In this document: piece after piece, positions 37,339-49,581 of the stretch | Position numbering within the stretch: position 1 is the first letter of the stretch | How the letters are laid out: every line of letters starts with the position of its first letter | From: Solirubrobacteraceae bacterium | Lineage (GTDB): Bacteria > Actinomycetota > Thermoleophilia > Solirubrobacterales > Solirubrobacteraceae | Length of the DNA: 64,000 nucleotides | Assembly (NCBI GenBank): GCA_036271655.1 | Contig: DATBAE010000027.1 | Coordinates: forward strand, 23,411 to 87,410 | Direction: 5' to 3' | Notes under the pieces: model-generated | The model's input: the letters and a program-made list of their open reading frames with translations, nothing else | Told to the model about the DNA's origin: nothing | The model's database searches: none | Translations under genes and position numbers: made by a program

Positions 37339-38610
37339 ATGGCGATCACCATCCCGGCCGCAACGGAGCAGATCGACTACGCCGATCTGTACGCGCGTTG
37401 GGAGCGCGGCAACTGGGCGGCGACGGAGATCGACTTTACGCAGGACCGGATCGACTGGCACGAGCGCATGACGCCCGAGCAGCGCCGCGGCGCGCTCTGG
37501 CTCTACACGCTCTTCTTCCACGGCGAGGATTCGGTCGCCGACAACCTGTCGCCGTACATCGACGCCGCCCCGCTGGAGGAGCAGAAGTACTTCCTGGCGA
37601 CGCAGCAGGTCGACGAGGCGCGCCACGCCGTCTTCTTCCATCGCTTCATGCACGAGGTCGTCGGCGTCGGTGACGGCTCGCTCGGCGGCGGCCTGCGCGC
37701 GACCCAAGACGAGCTCAGCTGGGGTCACCGCAAGACGTTCGGGCGCCTCGACCGAATCGCCGACGAGCTGCGCAGAGATCACTCGCCGCGGATGCTGGCG
37801 AAGGCGGTGACGATGTACCACATCGTCGTCGAGGGAACGCTCGCGCAGCCCGGTCAGCACCTGATCGAGACGTCGCTCGAACGCCTCGACCTGCTGCCCG
37901 GATTTCGCCAGGGGATGCACAACGTCGCGATCGACGAGCAGCGCCACATCGCGTTCGGCGTCAAGCTCCTCGCCGACCTCTACCGGGCCGACCCGCAGGG
38001 CACGCAGGACGCGATCGTCGACCTGATCCGCGAGATCATGCAGTACACGTTGAGCGTGCCGATCCCGCCGGGCTGGGATCGCACGTACACCGAGAGCTTC
38101 GGGTACTCGATGGAGGACCTCTTCGAGGAGGGCGCGCGCGCCAACGAGGCGCGGCTGCGGGCGATCGGCCTGCCGCTGGACGACATCGCCCACTTCCCGT
38201 TCCCGATGGACGTCACGCCGCGCGAACGCGGCGAGATCGCGCTCACGCTGCTGCGCGCAGGGCTGCTCGGCCAGGGCTCCGGCGGTCCGGTCAGCCGCGA
38301 CCCGGAGACGACGCGGACGTTCTTCGACCTGCTTGCGCGCAACGTGCGCGGCGAGGAGGTGCCGCTCGGCACGACGATCCAGTGGGACTTCGCGGACGCC
38401 GATCCGTGGTACCTGCTCATCGAAGGCCGCACGAAGACCGCGGTCCAGGGGCGGATCGCGAAGCCGACCGTGCGGCTGCGGATGCGGTACGACGACTTCG
38501 GGGAACTCGTCTCCGAGCGCGCGCAGCCCCATCACCTCATGATGCGCGGCAAGATGCGCCCGTGGGGCGACCCGCGCATCCTGCTCAAGCTGCAGCACCT
38601 GTTTCACTGA
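37339..38610 (+). CDS. ferritin-like di-iron protein of the RNR-R2 / R2-like oxidase type fused to a C-terminal SCP2 domain
   Basis: Two ExxH motifs (DEARH, DEQRH) plus upstream E/D (FFHGED) and a mid E (VVEG), in R2-like spacing. The C-terminal 110 aa (TIQWDF.D..PWYLLIE......QGRI..PTVRLRMRYDDFGELVS......HLMMRGKMRPWGDPRILLKLQHLF) looks like SCP2. The ATG directly follows the glyQS TAA. Confidence 0.8.
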   Translation: MAITIPAATEQIDYADLYARWERGNWAATEIDFTQDRIDWHERMTPEQRRGALWLYTLFFHGEDSVADNLSPYIDAAPLEEQKYFLATQQVDEARHAVFFHRFMHEVVGVGDGSLGGGLRATQDELSWGHRKTFGRLDRIADELRRDHSPRMLAKAVTMYHIVVEGTLAQPGQHLIETSLERLDLLPGFRQGMHNVAIDEQRHIAFGVKLLADLYRADPQGTQDAIVDLIREIMQYTLSVPIPPGWDRTYTESFGYSMEDLFEEGARANEARLRAIGLPLDDIAHFPFPMDVTPRERGEIALTLLRAGLLGQGSGGPVSRDPETTRTFFDLLARNVRGEEVPLGTTIQWDFADADPWYLLIEGRTKTAVQGRIAKPTVRLRMRYDDFGELVSERAQPHHLMMRGKMRPWGDPRILLKLQHLFH

Positions 38611-38668
38611 TTCGGGCCGAGCGATCGGGCGCCACGCTCGCCTGCGGCGGCGCCCTCATCGACTACCC

Positions 38669-39208
38669 TTGGGCCCGATGAAATTCGTAGATATCGCATC
38701 GCGATTCGGGGACGTCGTCCTCCGCGTCACGCCCGTCCGACATCCCTGGGATCCGGCCAGCGGCAAGCCCGCGTACGACTTCCAGCTCACCGGTCACAAC
38801 CTCGACGCCTCGGGCGTCTATGTCGAAGACCCGGAGGCACAGCAGGCGATCACGGAGTTCTTCCGCGAGCTCGACGACCACCATCAGGGGTTCGACGGCG
38901 AGAAGCACTGGCAGTCGGCCGGCGGCACGCTGAAGCTGCGCGCCGACCACGACCAGATCAACGCGACCCGCCTCTACGTCACGCTCACCGGCGGCCCGAC
39001 GCCCGAGTGGTCGGCATCCGCCGAGCTGCATGTCGACCCGCGTCGCTTCGATCGCGTCTCACTGAACCTCGAGCTCTACGGTCGCGAGATCTACGAGGAG
39101 GAGCTCGACGAGTACGCCGAGCCGGTCCGCATCGATTCGCGCCAGATCCTGCGCGAGGGGATCCGGCGCATCGGCTCGATGGCGATCAAGCAGCCCGGCC
39201 AGGACTGA
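38669..39208 (+). CDS. hypothetical protein (179 aa)
   Basis: Varied composition and no recognisable motif. An alternative start is at ATG 38678. Confidence 0.6.
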   Translation: MGPMKFVDIASRFGDVVLRVTPVRHPWDPASGKPAYDFQLTGHNLDASGVYVEDPEAQQAITEFFRELDDHHQGFDGEKHWQSAGGTLKLRADHDQINATRLYVTLTGGPTPEWSASAELHVDPRRFDRVSLNLELYGREIYEEELDEYAEPVRIDSRQILREGIRRIGSMAIKQPGQD

Positions 39209-39257
39209 TCGCCCGGCCGGCGCGGGGCCACAGTGCCCGCCCGGCCCAGAACGACGA

Positions 39258-39277
39258 AGGCGCCCCGTAGGGCGCCT
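39258..39277. terminator. 8-bp stem / 4-nt loop hairpin between convergent genes
   Basis: AGGCGCCC-cgta-GGGCGCCT read directly. Confidence 0.4.
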
Positions 39278-39309
39278 CCTGATCCGTCCTGTGTCGCGGG
39301 AAGCGACGG

Positions 39310-39786
39310 TCAGGTTGCTGCGGAGGCCTCGGCCGGCGGAGCGGCCGGCGTCGTGTTCGACGTGTAGTCGAACTCCTCCTCGGCGCCGAACAGCGCGTCG
39401 AGCACCTTGTTGCGCAGGCCCTCGCTGGCGGCGATGGCGACGATGCCGCCGACGATCGCGACGACCAGCAGGCGCCCGATGCCGCCCTTGCGCTTCTTGG
39501 TCTTCAGCGGCGTGGGGCTCTTCGGCGCCTGGCGCAGCGCCGCGCTCGCGTCGCGCAGCGCATCAGCCGAGCGCTTCAGGTCGGCGTGCAGCTTCTTGTC
39601 GTCGACGAGTGCCTTGGTCGGCGACTTGCCGTTGTTCAGCCGGCCGTACGCATTCTTCGCGGCCTCGAAGGCCACGACCATGTTGTCGCGCAGCTCGTCG
39701 TCCTGGATGATCCGCTGCAGGTACGGATTCTCCTTCGCGGTCTGGGCGGCTGCGGCGGCCTTGGCGGCCTTGTCCTTCGCTGCCAT
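39310..39786 (-). CDS. hypothetical membrane-anchored protein (158 aa)
   Basis: Lys/Ala-rich helical N-terminal part and one TM helix (LLVVAIVGGIVAIAA). Confidence 0.6.
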   Translation of the reverse strand: MAAKDKAAKAAAAAQTAKENPYLQRIIQDDELRDNMVVAFEAAKNAYGRLNNGKSPTKALVDDKKLHADLKRSADALRDASAALRQAPKSPTPLKTKKRKGGIGRLLVVAIVGGIVAIAASEGLRNKVLDALFGAEEEFDYTSNTTPAAPPAEASAAT

Positions 39787-39836
39787 GTGTTCACCTCGGG
39801 TTGCTTGCTTGGGGCCTTGCGGACCTATCCCGACCG

Positions 39837-42289
<2,453 letters not shown>

Positions 42290-42293
<4 letters not shown>

Positions 42294-42763
42294 CGCGGCT
42301 CGCCGTCTTGCAAGCCCGCGTCGCTGCGTTCGATCGGGACGCTACGCGTGTGGGCCTGGGGATCGGCAAGCGGCAGCTCGACCCGCAGGATTCCGTCCTG
42401 ATACGTCGCCCTCGCCTGCTCGGCGACGACCTCGGCGCCGAGCTCGATCGTCCGCCTGAAGGGGCCGTGCTCGATCTCGAGCTGCTGGTACACGCGGCCC
42501 TCGGCGTCGGCCTCGCGGCGGTGGCCGGTGAGCGTCAGCGAACGGCCCTGGATCTCCAGGCCGAGGTCGCCGGCGTCGATCCCCGCAAGCTCGGCATGGA
42601 CGACCGCTCGCGGCGGCTCGTCGGCATAGAAGACGTCAACGGCGGGACTGAAGCCGGTGCGCCGCGAGGTGAGCCCGACGTTGCCGAACACGTCGCCGAA
42701 CAGCTCGTCCATCTCGCGGCGCATGCGCTCGAAGTTCGCGAAGAGATCGCGCTCGCGGGCCAT
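42290..42763 (-). CDS. Hsp20 / alpha-crystallin small heat-shock protein
   Basis: The alpha-crystallin core reads AVDVFYAD.....VHAELAGID..DLGLEIQGRSLTLTGHRR...........E..HGPFRRTIELG.....E.ARATYQDGILRVELP. ATGA overlap with lon. Confidence 0.92.
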
Positions 42764-42811
42764 GACCGGGCAGCGTATCCACCGGGTCGCGCGCGCTGCG
42801 CGCGAGCGCCG

Positions 42812-43042
42812 TCAGCGGGCGTGCAGCGCCGCCTGCTCCTGGGCATTCGGGAAGGCCCAGGCGGCCTGCGTGCGACGTTCCTGACGGAACGCAAAGCGCA
42901 GCTGCTGCGGCGGCCGCAGGCCGTCCGGCCCGTCCGGCCGGAACGTCGGGCAGGGAGCGTCCAGGTCCAGCGCACAGAGCAGGTTGCGACGGAAGAAGCA
43001 GTCCTCGCACGTCGCCTTCGTCGTTGCCCGCGTCTTGACCAT
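42812..43042 (-). CDS. hypothetical 76-aa protein with four Cys (C-x2-C-x8-C-x7-C)
   Basis: ATG 43042 is preceded by GGAGG. MVKTRATTKATCEDCFFRRNLLCALDLDAPCPTF.... It lies 48 nt upstream of hsp20 on the same strand. The longer track ORF 42812..43525 is Arg/Ser/Pro-rich upstream and was discarded. Confidence 0.5.
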   Translation of the reverse strand: MVKTRATTKATCEDCFFRRNLLCALDLDAPCPTFRPDGPDGLRPPQQLRFAFRQERRTQAAWAFPNAQEQAALHAR

Positions 43043-43283
43043 GCCGTCCCCAACACCCCTCCGTCGTACATCCGAACCGGGGGCCATCACAGCAGGCGCC
43101 GACGACCCACTCAAGGGGTGCAAACGTCGCGTTCCCGCTCGTATGGGGTTTTTGGATCTGGGCAGCCCGCAAATGCCGCACGAAACCATGCTGCTTCCCG
43201 GACGAGGTTGCCGAGAAGCAGATTTCGCCCCTCCGGCGCGGACATCGCAGAGGCCGATCGCGCTATTTGGGGACACTTCGTCG

Positions 43284-44195
43284 ATGCGCATCCTGCTCAC
43301 CGGCGCCAGTGGCTCGATCGGCGCCGCGCTCGCGCCCGCGCTCGCCGACGCCGGCCATGAGCTGCGCGCGTTCGGCCGCGACCGAGCGCGCGTCGCGGCG
43401 GCGCTGCCATTCGTTCGCGGCGACGCGATCAGCGGAGCCGGCCTCGACGAGGCGCTCACGGGCATCGACGTCGCGTACTTCTTGATCCACTCAATGGAGG
43501 GCGATGGCGGCGGCTTTGAATCCAACGAGCGCGCTGCCGCCGAGAACTTCGTCGCGGCGGCACAGCGCGCGGGGGTGCGGCGCGTCGTCTACCTCGGCGG
43601 TCTCGTCCCGCAGCAGGGGGCGCTCTCGCGCCATCTCGGCAGCCGGCTCGAGGTCGAGCGCATCCTGCTGGCAGGCCTGCCCGAGGCGGTCGCGCTGCGC
43701 GCGTCGATCGTGATCGGCGCGCGCTCGCGCTCGTTTCGCTTCCTCGTGCACCTCGTCGAGCGGATGCACGTCCTCACGTTGCCCGCCTGGCGGGCGTACA
43801 GGACGCAGCCGATCGACGTGCGCGACGTGCGCGCCTTGCTCGTCGCGGCAGCGACGACGCCGCATGCCGGCGGAGGCCTGTCGCTCGACATCGCCGGCCC
43901 GGACCTCCTCAGCTACGAGCAGATGATCGAGCGGATCGCCGATCTCATGCTCGTGCGGCGCCGGGCGTTCCGGCTGGGGCGCAACGCGACGGCGCTCGTC
44001 GCGCCGATCGCAGCCGCCATCACGGGCGAGGAGACGGGCTTCATCGCCCCGCTGATGGAGAGCCTCGACAGCGACCTGCTGCCACGCGACGCGCGCGCCG
44101 CGCGACTGCTCGACGTGCGCCTGCATCGCTTCGATAGCGCCGTCGAGCGCGCGCTGCGCGACTGGGAGTCCAGCGAGTCGCTGGCGGCGCGGTGA
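43284..44195 (+). CDS. NAD(P)H-binding Rossmann-fold protein (NmrA/atypical SDR-like)
   Basis: MRILLTGASGSIGAALAPALADAGHELRAF (GxxGxxG). I used the start at ATG 43284; the TTG-extended ORF from 42984 was rejected. Confidence 0.8.
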   Translation: MRILLTGASGSIGAALAPALADAGHELRAFGRDRARVAAALPFVRGDAISGAGLDEALTGIDVAYFLIHSMEGDGGGFESNERAAAENFVAAAQRAGVRRVVYLGGLVPQQGALSRHLGSRLEVERILLAGLPEAVALRASIVIGARSRSFRFLVHLVERMHVLTLPAWRAYRTQPIDVRDVRALLVAAATTPHAGGGLSLDIAGPDLLSYEQMIERIADLMLVRRRAFRLGRNATALVAPIAAAITGEETGFIAPLMESLDSDLLPRDARAARLLDVRLHRFDSAVERALRDWESSESLAAR

Positions 44196-44241
44196 CCCGC
44201 GAGCAGTCCGCGCGAGCGGCGACCCACTAGGTTCTCAGCCC

Positions 44242-44709
44242 TTGTCACTCGTGATCGCCAGCATCGACATCGACGCGCCCCTGCAGGACGTCTGGGACTG
44301 CGTCATGGATCCTGCCCGGATGGGCGACTGGGTGACGATCGTCGACCGCATCGACCGCATCGACGAGGGCCCGCTCCGGACCGGCTTTCGCATGAGCCAG
44401 ACGCTGCATCTGCGCGGTGTGCCGTTCAAGGTGCATTGGACGCTGGCGGAGCTCGACGCCCCCCGCTTCGCGCGCTGGGAGGGGACCGGGCCGGCGCGAG
44501 CAAAGGCCGTTACTGAGAATCGCCTGAGCGAGCGCAACGGACGCACCCATTTCGACTACCGCAACGACTTTCGTACGCCATTCGGTCCATTGGGAGCGGC
44601 GGCCTCACGCGTCATCGTGGGAGGAATCCCCGAAAAGGAGGCGAACGCCTCCCTCGGCCGCCTGCGCGACATGTTGGAAGTGCGCGACCGGCGATCGTCT
44701 ACACTGTGA
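44242..44709 (+). CDS. SRPBCC (START/polyketide-cyclase-like) family protein
   Basis: IASIDIDAPLQDVWDCVMDPARMGDWV... is a typical SRPBCC N-terminus. TTG start at 44242, or GTG at 44251. Confidence 0.75.
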   Translation: MSLVIASIDIDAPLQDVWDCVMDPARMGDWVTIVDRIDRIDEGPLRTGFRMSQTLHLRGVPFKVHWTLAELDAPRFARWEGTGPARAKAVTENRLSERNGRTHFDYRNDFRTPFGPLGAAASRVIVGGIPEKEANASLGRLRDMLEVRDRRSSTL

Positions 44710-44746
44710 CGGTAATTGTCTTACACTTCACCGGGGAGAAGAATAG

Positions 44747-45178
44747 ATGGCAGACTTTCTGGACGAGAAGCGAAATGAGATCGGCGCGCGACTGAAGGAG
44801 CTCAAGCCGCTCGTCGATGAGTACCAGCGGCTCGAGGCCGCAGCCGCGGCGCTCGACGGCGTGCCGCTGCCGACCGCGACGCAGGCGCCCGCGGCAACGC
44901 GCACGCGCAGGGCTGCAAGCTCCGCACCCACCGCCCCGAAGCGAGCGAAGGCCGCCAAGGGCAGCGGCGGCCGCCGCCGTGGTCGCCCCAAGGGCACCGG
45001 CACGCGCGGCGCCGAGGCACTCGCCCTCGTCCGTGAGAACCCTGGTATCTCGATCCCCGAGATCGCCGAGAAGATGGGCATCAAGCAGAACTACCTGTAC
45101 CGGGTCCTCCCCGGCCTAGCGGACGACGGCCTGATCAAGAAGGACGGCCGCGGCTGGCACATCAAGGACGCTGCCTGA
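44747..45178 (+). CDS. hypothetical winged-helix DNA-binding protein
   Basis: Coiled N-terminus, a basic linker GGRRRGRPKGTG, and a C-terminal wHTH ALALVRENPGISIPEIAEKMGIKQNYLYRVLPGLADDGLIKK. Confidence 0.65.
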   Translation: MADFLDEKRNEIGARLKELKPLVDEYQRLEAAAAALDGVPLPTATQAPAATRTRRAASSAPTAPKRAKAAKGSGGRRRGRPKGTGTRGAEALALVRENPGISIPEIAEKMGIKQNYLYRVLPGLADDGLIKKDGRGWHIKDAA

Positions 45179-45193
45179 GCCGCTTGTCGAGCT

Positions 45194-45225
45194 GCTGCAA
45201 GTCCCTCGACTGGGGGACTTGCAGC
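45194..45225. terminator. 12-bp stem hairpin between convergent genes (bidirectional terminator candidate)
   Basis: GCTGCAAGTCCC-tcgactgg-GGGACTTGCAGC read directly. It lies between the stop at 45178 (+) and the mdh stop at 45252 (-). Confidence 0.5.
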
Positions 45226-45251
45226 GTCCGGCAGCTCGCGCGCTCGTCTAG

Positions 45252-46235
45252 CTAGACGAGGCCCAGCGCGCTGACGGCATCGCGCTCGCCGGTGAGCTCC
45301 TTGACGGTCGCGTCGAGCTTGCCCTGCGCGAACTCGCCGAGCTCGAGGCCCTGCACGATCTCGTAGGCGCCCCCCGTGCAGCGCACCGGGAAGCTCGAGA
45401 TGAGGCCCTCGGCCACGCCGTAGGAGCCGTCCGAGGCGACGGCCATCGAGCGCAGCCCGTCCGCCCCGTCGGTCCAGTCGCGGACGTGATCGATCGCGGC
45501 GTTTGCGGCCGAAGCGGCCGACGACGCGCCGCGCGCCTCGATGACCTCCGCGCCGCGCTTGCCGACGCGCGGGATGTACGTGTTCTCGTACCAGTCCATG
45601 TCGACCCGGTCGACCGCACGATCGCCGTCGACGGTCGCATTGAAGAGATCAGGGAACATCGACGGTGAGTGGTTACCCCACACGACGAGATCGGAGATCG
45701 CGTCCACTCCCACGCCGAGCTTCTGGGCGAGCAGCGCGACGGCGCGGTTCTGATCGAGCCGCGTCATCGCCGTGATCTGCTCGGCGGGGATGTCGGGTGC
45801 GTTGGCGGCCAGGATCAGCGCGTTGGTGTTCGCCGGGTTGCCGATCACGAGCACCTTCACGTCGTCGGCGGCGGCCGCGTTGAGCGCTTCGCCCTGCGGT
45901 TTGAAGATCGCGCCGTTGGCCTCGAGCAGATCCGCTCGCTCCATGCCCTTCGTGCGCGGCCGAGCGCCCACGAGCAGCGCGACGTCGACGCCGTCGAACG
46001 CCTGCGCCGGATCGTCGTAGATGTCGACCGAGGCCAGCAGCGGCAATGCGCAGTCGGTGAGCTCGAGCGTCGTCCCCTCGGCGGCCTTCATCGCCGGCGG
46101 GATCTCGAGCAGCTTCAGGGCGATCGGGGTGTCAGGGCCGAGCAGCTGGCCCGAGGCGATCCGAAACAGCAGCGCGTAGCCGATCTGCCCGGCGGCGCCT
46201 GTGACGGCGACCTTCACCGGGGAAGCCTTCGTCAT
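45252..46235 (-). CDS. mdh: malate dehydrogenase
   Basis: [27 protein letters not shown] and ...[19 protein letters not shown] overlap with the upstream dehydrogenase gene. Confidence 0.95.
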   Translation of the reverse strand: MTKASPVKVAVTGAAGQIGYALLFRIASGQLLGPDTPIALKLLEIPPAMKAAEGTTLELTDCALPLLASVDIYDDPAQAFDGVDVALLVGARPRTKGMERADLLEANGAIFKPQGEALNAAAADDVKVLVIGNPANTNALILAANAPDIPAEQITAMTRLDQNRAVALLAQKLGVGVDAISDLVVWGNHSPSMFPDLFNATVDGDRAVDRVDMDWYENTYIPRVGKRGAEVIEARGASSAASAANAAIDHVRDWTDGADGLRSMAVASDGSYGVAEGLISSFPVRCTGGAYEIVQGLELGEFAQGKLDATVKELTGERDAVSALGLV

Positions 46236-47311
46236 GCGTTCATCTCCTCGATCACGGCGTCGGCGAACTCGCTGGTGCCGACGGCGGTGGGGTCTGTGCG
46301 GCTTGCCTTCAGATCGTATGTGACCTTGTCGCCCTTCCGTATGACGGCGGCGATCGCGTTCTCCATCGCGCGCGCCGCGGCATGCTCCTTCAGATGGTCG
46401 AGCATGTAGACGCCCGACAGCATGATCGCGGTCGGGTTCATGCGGTTCTTGCCCGCGTACGTCGGCGACGATCCGTGCGTGGCCTCGAACACAGCGGCCT
46501 GCGTGCCGATGTTCGCTCCGCCCGCGACGCCGAGCCCGCCGATCATCGCGGCGCACAGGTCCGAGACGATGTCGCCGTAGAGATTCGGCAGCACGATCAC
46601 CTCGTAGTCCTCGGGATACGTGATCAGCTGGTTGCAGAGGTTGTCGATGATGCAGTCCTGAAACTCGATCGCCGGGTAGTCCCCGGCGACCTTGCGTGCG
46701 ACCTCCAGGAACAGGCCGTCGGAGAACTTCATGATGTTTGCCTTGTGCGCCGCGACGACCTTCTTGTACCCGTGGGTGACGGCGTAGTCGAAGGCGTGGC
46801 GCACGATCCGCTCTGAGCCGAACACGCTGATCGGCTTGATCGAGATGCCCGCGTCCTCGCGGACGTGTGAGCCGAGCTCGGCGAGCTTCTCGCGCAGCGC
46901 CGCGTTGCCCTCGGTCCCGCGCTCGAACTCGATCCCGGCGTAGAGGTCCTCGGTGTTCTCGCGGATGATGACGAGGTCGGTCTCCGGAAAGCGGGTGCGG
47001 ACGCCCTCGAGCGCCTTGCACGGGCGCACGCACGCGTAGAGGTCGAGCTCCTTGCGCAGCAGCACGTTGATCGAGCGAAAGCCCGAGCCGACCGGTGTCG
47101 TCGTCGGCCCCTTGATACCAACTCCGGTGGTCTTCAACGACGTCAGCGTGGCGTCCGGGAACGGGTTGCCGTGCTTGTTGTACTCATCGATGCCGGCCTC
47201 GTGGCGATCCCAGTTCAGGTCGACGCCGGTTGCCTCCAGGACGCGCCGCGTAGCCTCGGTCAGCTCGGGGCCGGTGCCGTCGCCTGGGATGAACGTCACG
47301 TCGTGCGCCAT
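46232..47311 (-). CDS. isocitrate/isopropylmalate dehydrogenase-family enzyme, most like NAD-dependent isocitrate dehydrogenase
   Basis: [35 protein letters not shown] and [27 protein letters not shown]. Substrate specificity cannot be settled by eye. Confidence 0.85.
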   Translation of the reverse strand: MAHDVTFIPGDGTGPELTEATRRVLEATGVDLNWDRHEAGIDEYNKHGNPFPDATLTSLKTTGVGIKGPTTTPVGSGFRSINVLLRKELDLYACVRPCKALEGVRTRFPETDLVIIRENTEDLYAGIEFERGTEGNAALREKLAELGSHVREDAGISIKPISVFGSERIVRHAFDYAVTHGYKKVVAAHKANIMKFSDGLFLEVARKVAGDYPAIEFQDCIIDNLCNQLITYPEDYEVIVLPNLYGDIVSDLCAAMIGGLGVAGGANIGTQAAVFEATHGSSPTYAGKNRMNPTAIMLSGVYMLDHLKEHAAARAMENAIAAVIRKGDKVTYDLKASRTDPTAVGTSEFADAVIEEMNA

Positions 47312-47391
47312 GGCTGCCTCTCGGGGGGATGTGCGTGGTGTGGGGGAGCGCGCGATGCTACGCGCGCGGCCCACTAGCGTGTCGCCCGCTC

Positions 47392-49560
47392 ATGAAGATC
47401 ATCTACACCCACACCGACGAAGCTCCCGCGCTCGCCACCGCGTCGCTGCTGCCGATCGTGCAGGCGTTCGCCGCTGCTGCAGACGTCGAGGTGCAGACGC
47501 GCGACATCTCGCTCGCCGGCAGGATCCTCGCCCGGTTCCCCGAGCAGCTCACGCCCGAGCAGCGCGTCCCCGATGCGCTCGCCGAGCTCGGTGAGCTCGC
47601 CAAGACGCCGGCGGCGAACATCATCAAGCTGCCGAACATCAGCGCGTCGCTACCGCAGCTGCGGGCGGCGATCGCCGAGCTGCAGGAGAAGGGCTACGCG
47701 ATCCCCGACTATCCCGAGGATCCGTCGGACCCGGCGCGCACGAGCTACGACGCGGTGAAGGGCAGCGCGGTCAACCCCGTCCTGCGCGAGGGCAACTCCG
47801 ACCGTCGCGCGCCGGCGTCGGCCAAGGCATTCGCGCGCGCGCACCCGCACTCGATGGGCGCATGGTCGCCGGACTCCGCGTCGCACGTCGCCACGATGTC
47901 CGGCGGTGACTTTCGCTGCACCGAGCGGTCCGTGACGGTCGGTGCCGGTGGTGTCGTGCGAATCGAGCACGTCGCGGCCGACGGGATCGTGACGGTGCTC
48001 AGAGAGGGCATCGCGGTGCTGGCCGGCGAGGTGCTCGACGGGGCGGTCATGCGCGCCGCAGCGCTCGACGCGTTCCTCGCCGAGCAGGTCGCAGACGCCA
48101 GGCGGCAGGGCGTCCTCTTCTCGGTCCACCTGAAGGCGACGATGATGAAGGTGTCCGACCCGATCGTCTTCGGCCACGCCGTGCGTGCCGTCGTCGGCGA
48201 CGTCTACGACGGCTTCGACGCCAGCCCGAACGACGGCCTCGCCAGCCTGCTCGCCGCGCACCCGGAAGCCGCCGGCGCGGTGACCGCCGCGCTCGCCGCC
48301 GGCCCGTCGATCGCGATGGTCGACTCCGATAGGGGCATCACGAACCTCCACGCCCCGTCGGACGTCATCGTCGATGCCTCGATGCCGGCGGCGATCCGCT
48401 CGTCGGGGCGGATGTGGAACGCGGCCGGCGAGCTGCAGGACTGCAAGTTCGTCATCCCGGACTCCTCCTACGCGGCGCTGTACGCGGAGACGATCGATCA
48501 CTGCCGTGAGCACGGCGCGTTCGATCCGGCGACGATGGGGACGACGCCGAACGTCGGCCTGATGGCGCAGAAGGCAGAGGAGTACGGCTCGCACGACAAG
48601 ACGTTCGAGATAGCGGCCGCAGGGACCGTGCGGGTGATCGACGACAGCGGCGCTGTGCTGCTCGAGCACGACGTGCAGGCGGGCGACATCTGGCGGATGT
48701 GCCAGACCAAGGACGCCGCGATCCAGGACTGGGTGGCGCTGGCGGTGCGGCGAGCGCGCGCGACCGCAGCGCCCGCGGTCTTCTGGCTCGACGAGACGCG
48801 CCCGCACGACGCCGAGCTGCTGAAGAAGGTCCACCCCGCGCTCGCGGCGCCCGACACCGACGGCCTGCAGATCGAGGTGATGCCGGTCGCCGAGGCGACA
48901 CGCTTCACGCTCGACCGCGCGCGCGCGGGCGAGGACACGATCTCCGTCACCGGCAACGTCCTGCGCGACTACCTCACCGATCTCTTCCCGATCCTCGAGC
49001 TCGGAACGAGCGCGAAGATGCTGTCGATCGTCCCGCTGATGAACGGCGGCGGCCTCTTCGAGACGGGGGCCGGCGGGTCTGCTCCGAAGCATGTCCAGCA
49101 GCTGCTGAAGGAGAACCACCTGCGCTGGGACTCGCTCGGAGAGTTCCTCGCGCTCGCGGTGTCGCTCGAGATGCTCGCCGAACAGACCGGCAACGCGCGC
49201 GCCAAGCTGCTCGGCGAGGCGCTCGATCGGGCGACCGGGAGCGTGCTCGAGAACGGCCGCTCGCCGTCGCGCCGGTGCGGCGAGCTCGACAACCGCGGCA
49301 GCCACTTCTACCTCGCGCTGTACTGGGCGCAGGAGCTTGCCGGCCAGGACGAGGACGGCGAGCTCGCGGCGCGCTTCGCGGCGCTCGCACAGCGGCTCGC
49401 CGCCGACGAGCAGTCGATCGTCGCCGAGCTCGCCGGCGTGCAGGGCGAGCCGGTCGACATCGGTGGGTACTACCGCGCGGACGCCGTGCGGGTCGACGCG
49501 GTCATGCGCCCGAGCGCAACGTTCGCCGCAGCGCTCGCGCTTCTGCAGGCCGACCGCTAG
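47392..49560 (+). CDS. icd: monomeric NADP-dependent isocitrate dehydrogenase (about 720 aa type)
   Basis: [23 protein letters not shown] is the characteristic N-terminus of monomeric IDH. The length fits. Confidence 0.92.
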   Translation: MKIIYTHTDEAPALATASLLPIVQAFAAAADVEVQTRDISLAGRILARFPEQLTPEQRVPDALAELGELAKTPAANIIKLPNISASLPQLRAAIAELQEKGYAIPDYPEDPSDPARTSYDAVKGSAVNPVLREGNSDRRAPASAKAFARAHPHSMGAWSPDSASHVATMSGGDFRCTERSVTVGAGGVVRIEHVAADGIVTVLREGIAVLAGEVLDGAVMRAAALDAFLAEQVADARRQGVLFSVHLKATMMKVSDPIVFGHAVRAVVGDVYDGFDASPNDGLASLLAAHPEAAGAVTAALAAGPSIAMVDSDRGITNLHAPSDVIVDASMPAAIRSSGRMWNAAGELQDCKFVIPDSSYAALYAETIDHCREHGAFDPATMGTTPNVGLMAQKAEEYGSHDKTFEIAAAGTVRVIDDSGAVLLEHDVQAGDIWRMCQTKDAAIQDWVALAVRRARATAAPAVFWLDETRPHDAELLKKVHPALAAPDTDGLQIEVMPVAEATRFTLDRARAGEDTISVTGNVLRDYLTDLFPILELGTSAKMLSIVPLMNGGGLFETGAGGSAPKHVQQLLKENHLRWDSLGEFLALAVSLEMLAEQTGNARAKLLGEALDRATGSVLENGRSPSRRCGELDNRGSHFYLALYWAQELAGQDEDGELAARFAALAQRLAADEQSIVAELAGVQGEPVDIGGYYRADAVRVDAVMRPSATFAAALALLQADR

Positions 49561-49581
49561 CGCCTGCGAAGATCCCCACCA

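Noticed and set aside
43109-43115. ACTCAAG upstream of the small-Cys/hsp20/lon operon, which is half of the HspR operator HAIR (CTTGAGT-N7-ACTCAAG)
   Set aside because: Only one half-site is present. The sequence 7 nt away on the partner side (cggcgcc) does not match, so I cannot claim an HspR site. No CIRCE element was seen either.
42984-43283. TTG-initiated 100-codon N-terminal extension of the NAD(P)-binding protein
   Set aside because: The Rossmann GxxGxxG motif follows ATG 43284 immediately, as expected for a true N-terminus. The extension would also run across the divergent small-Cys-protein gene and its promoter region.
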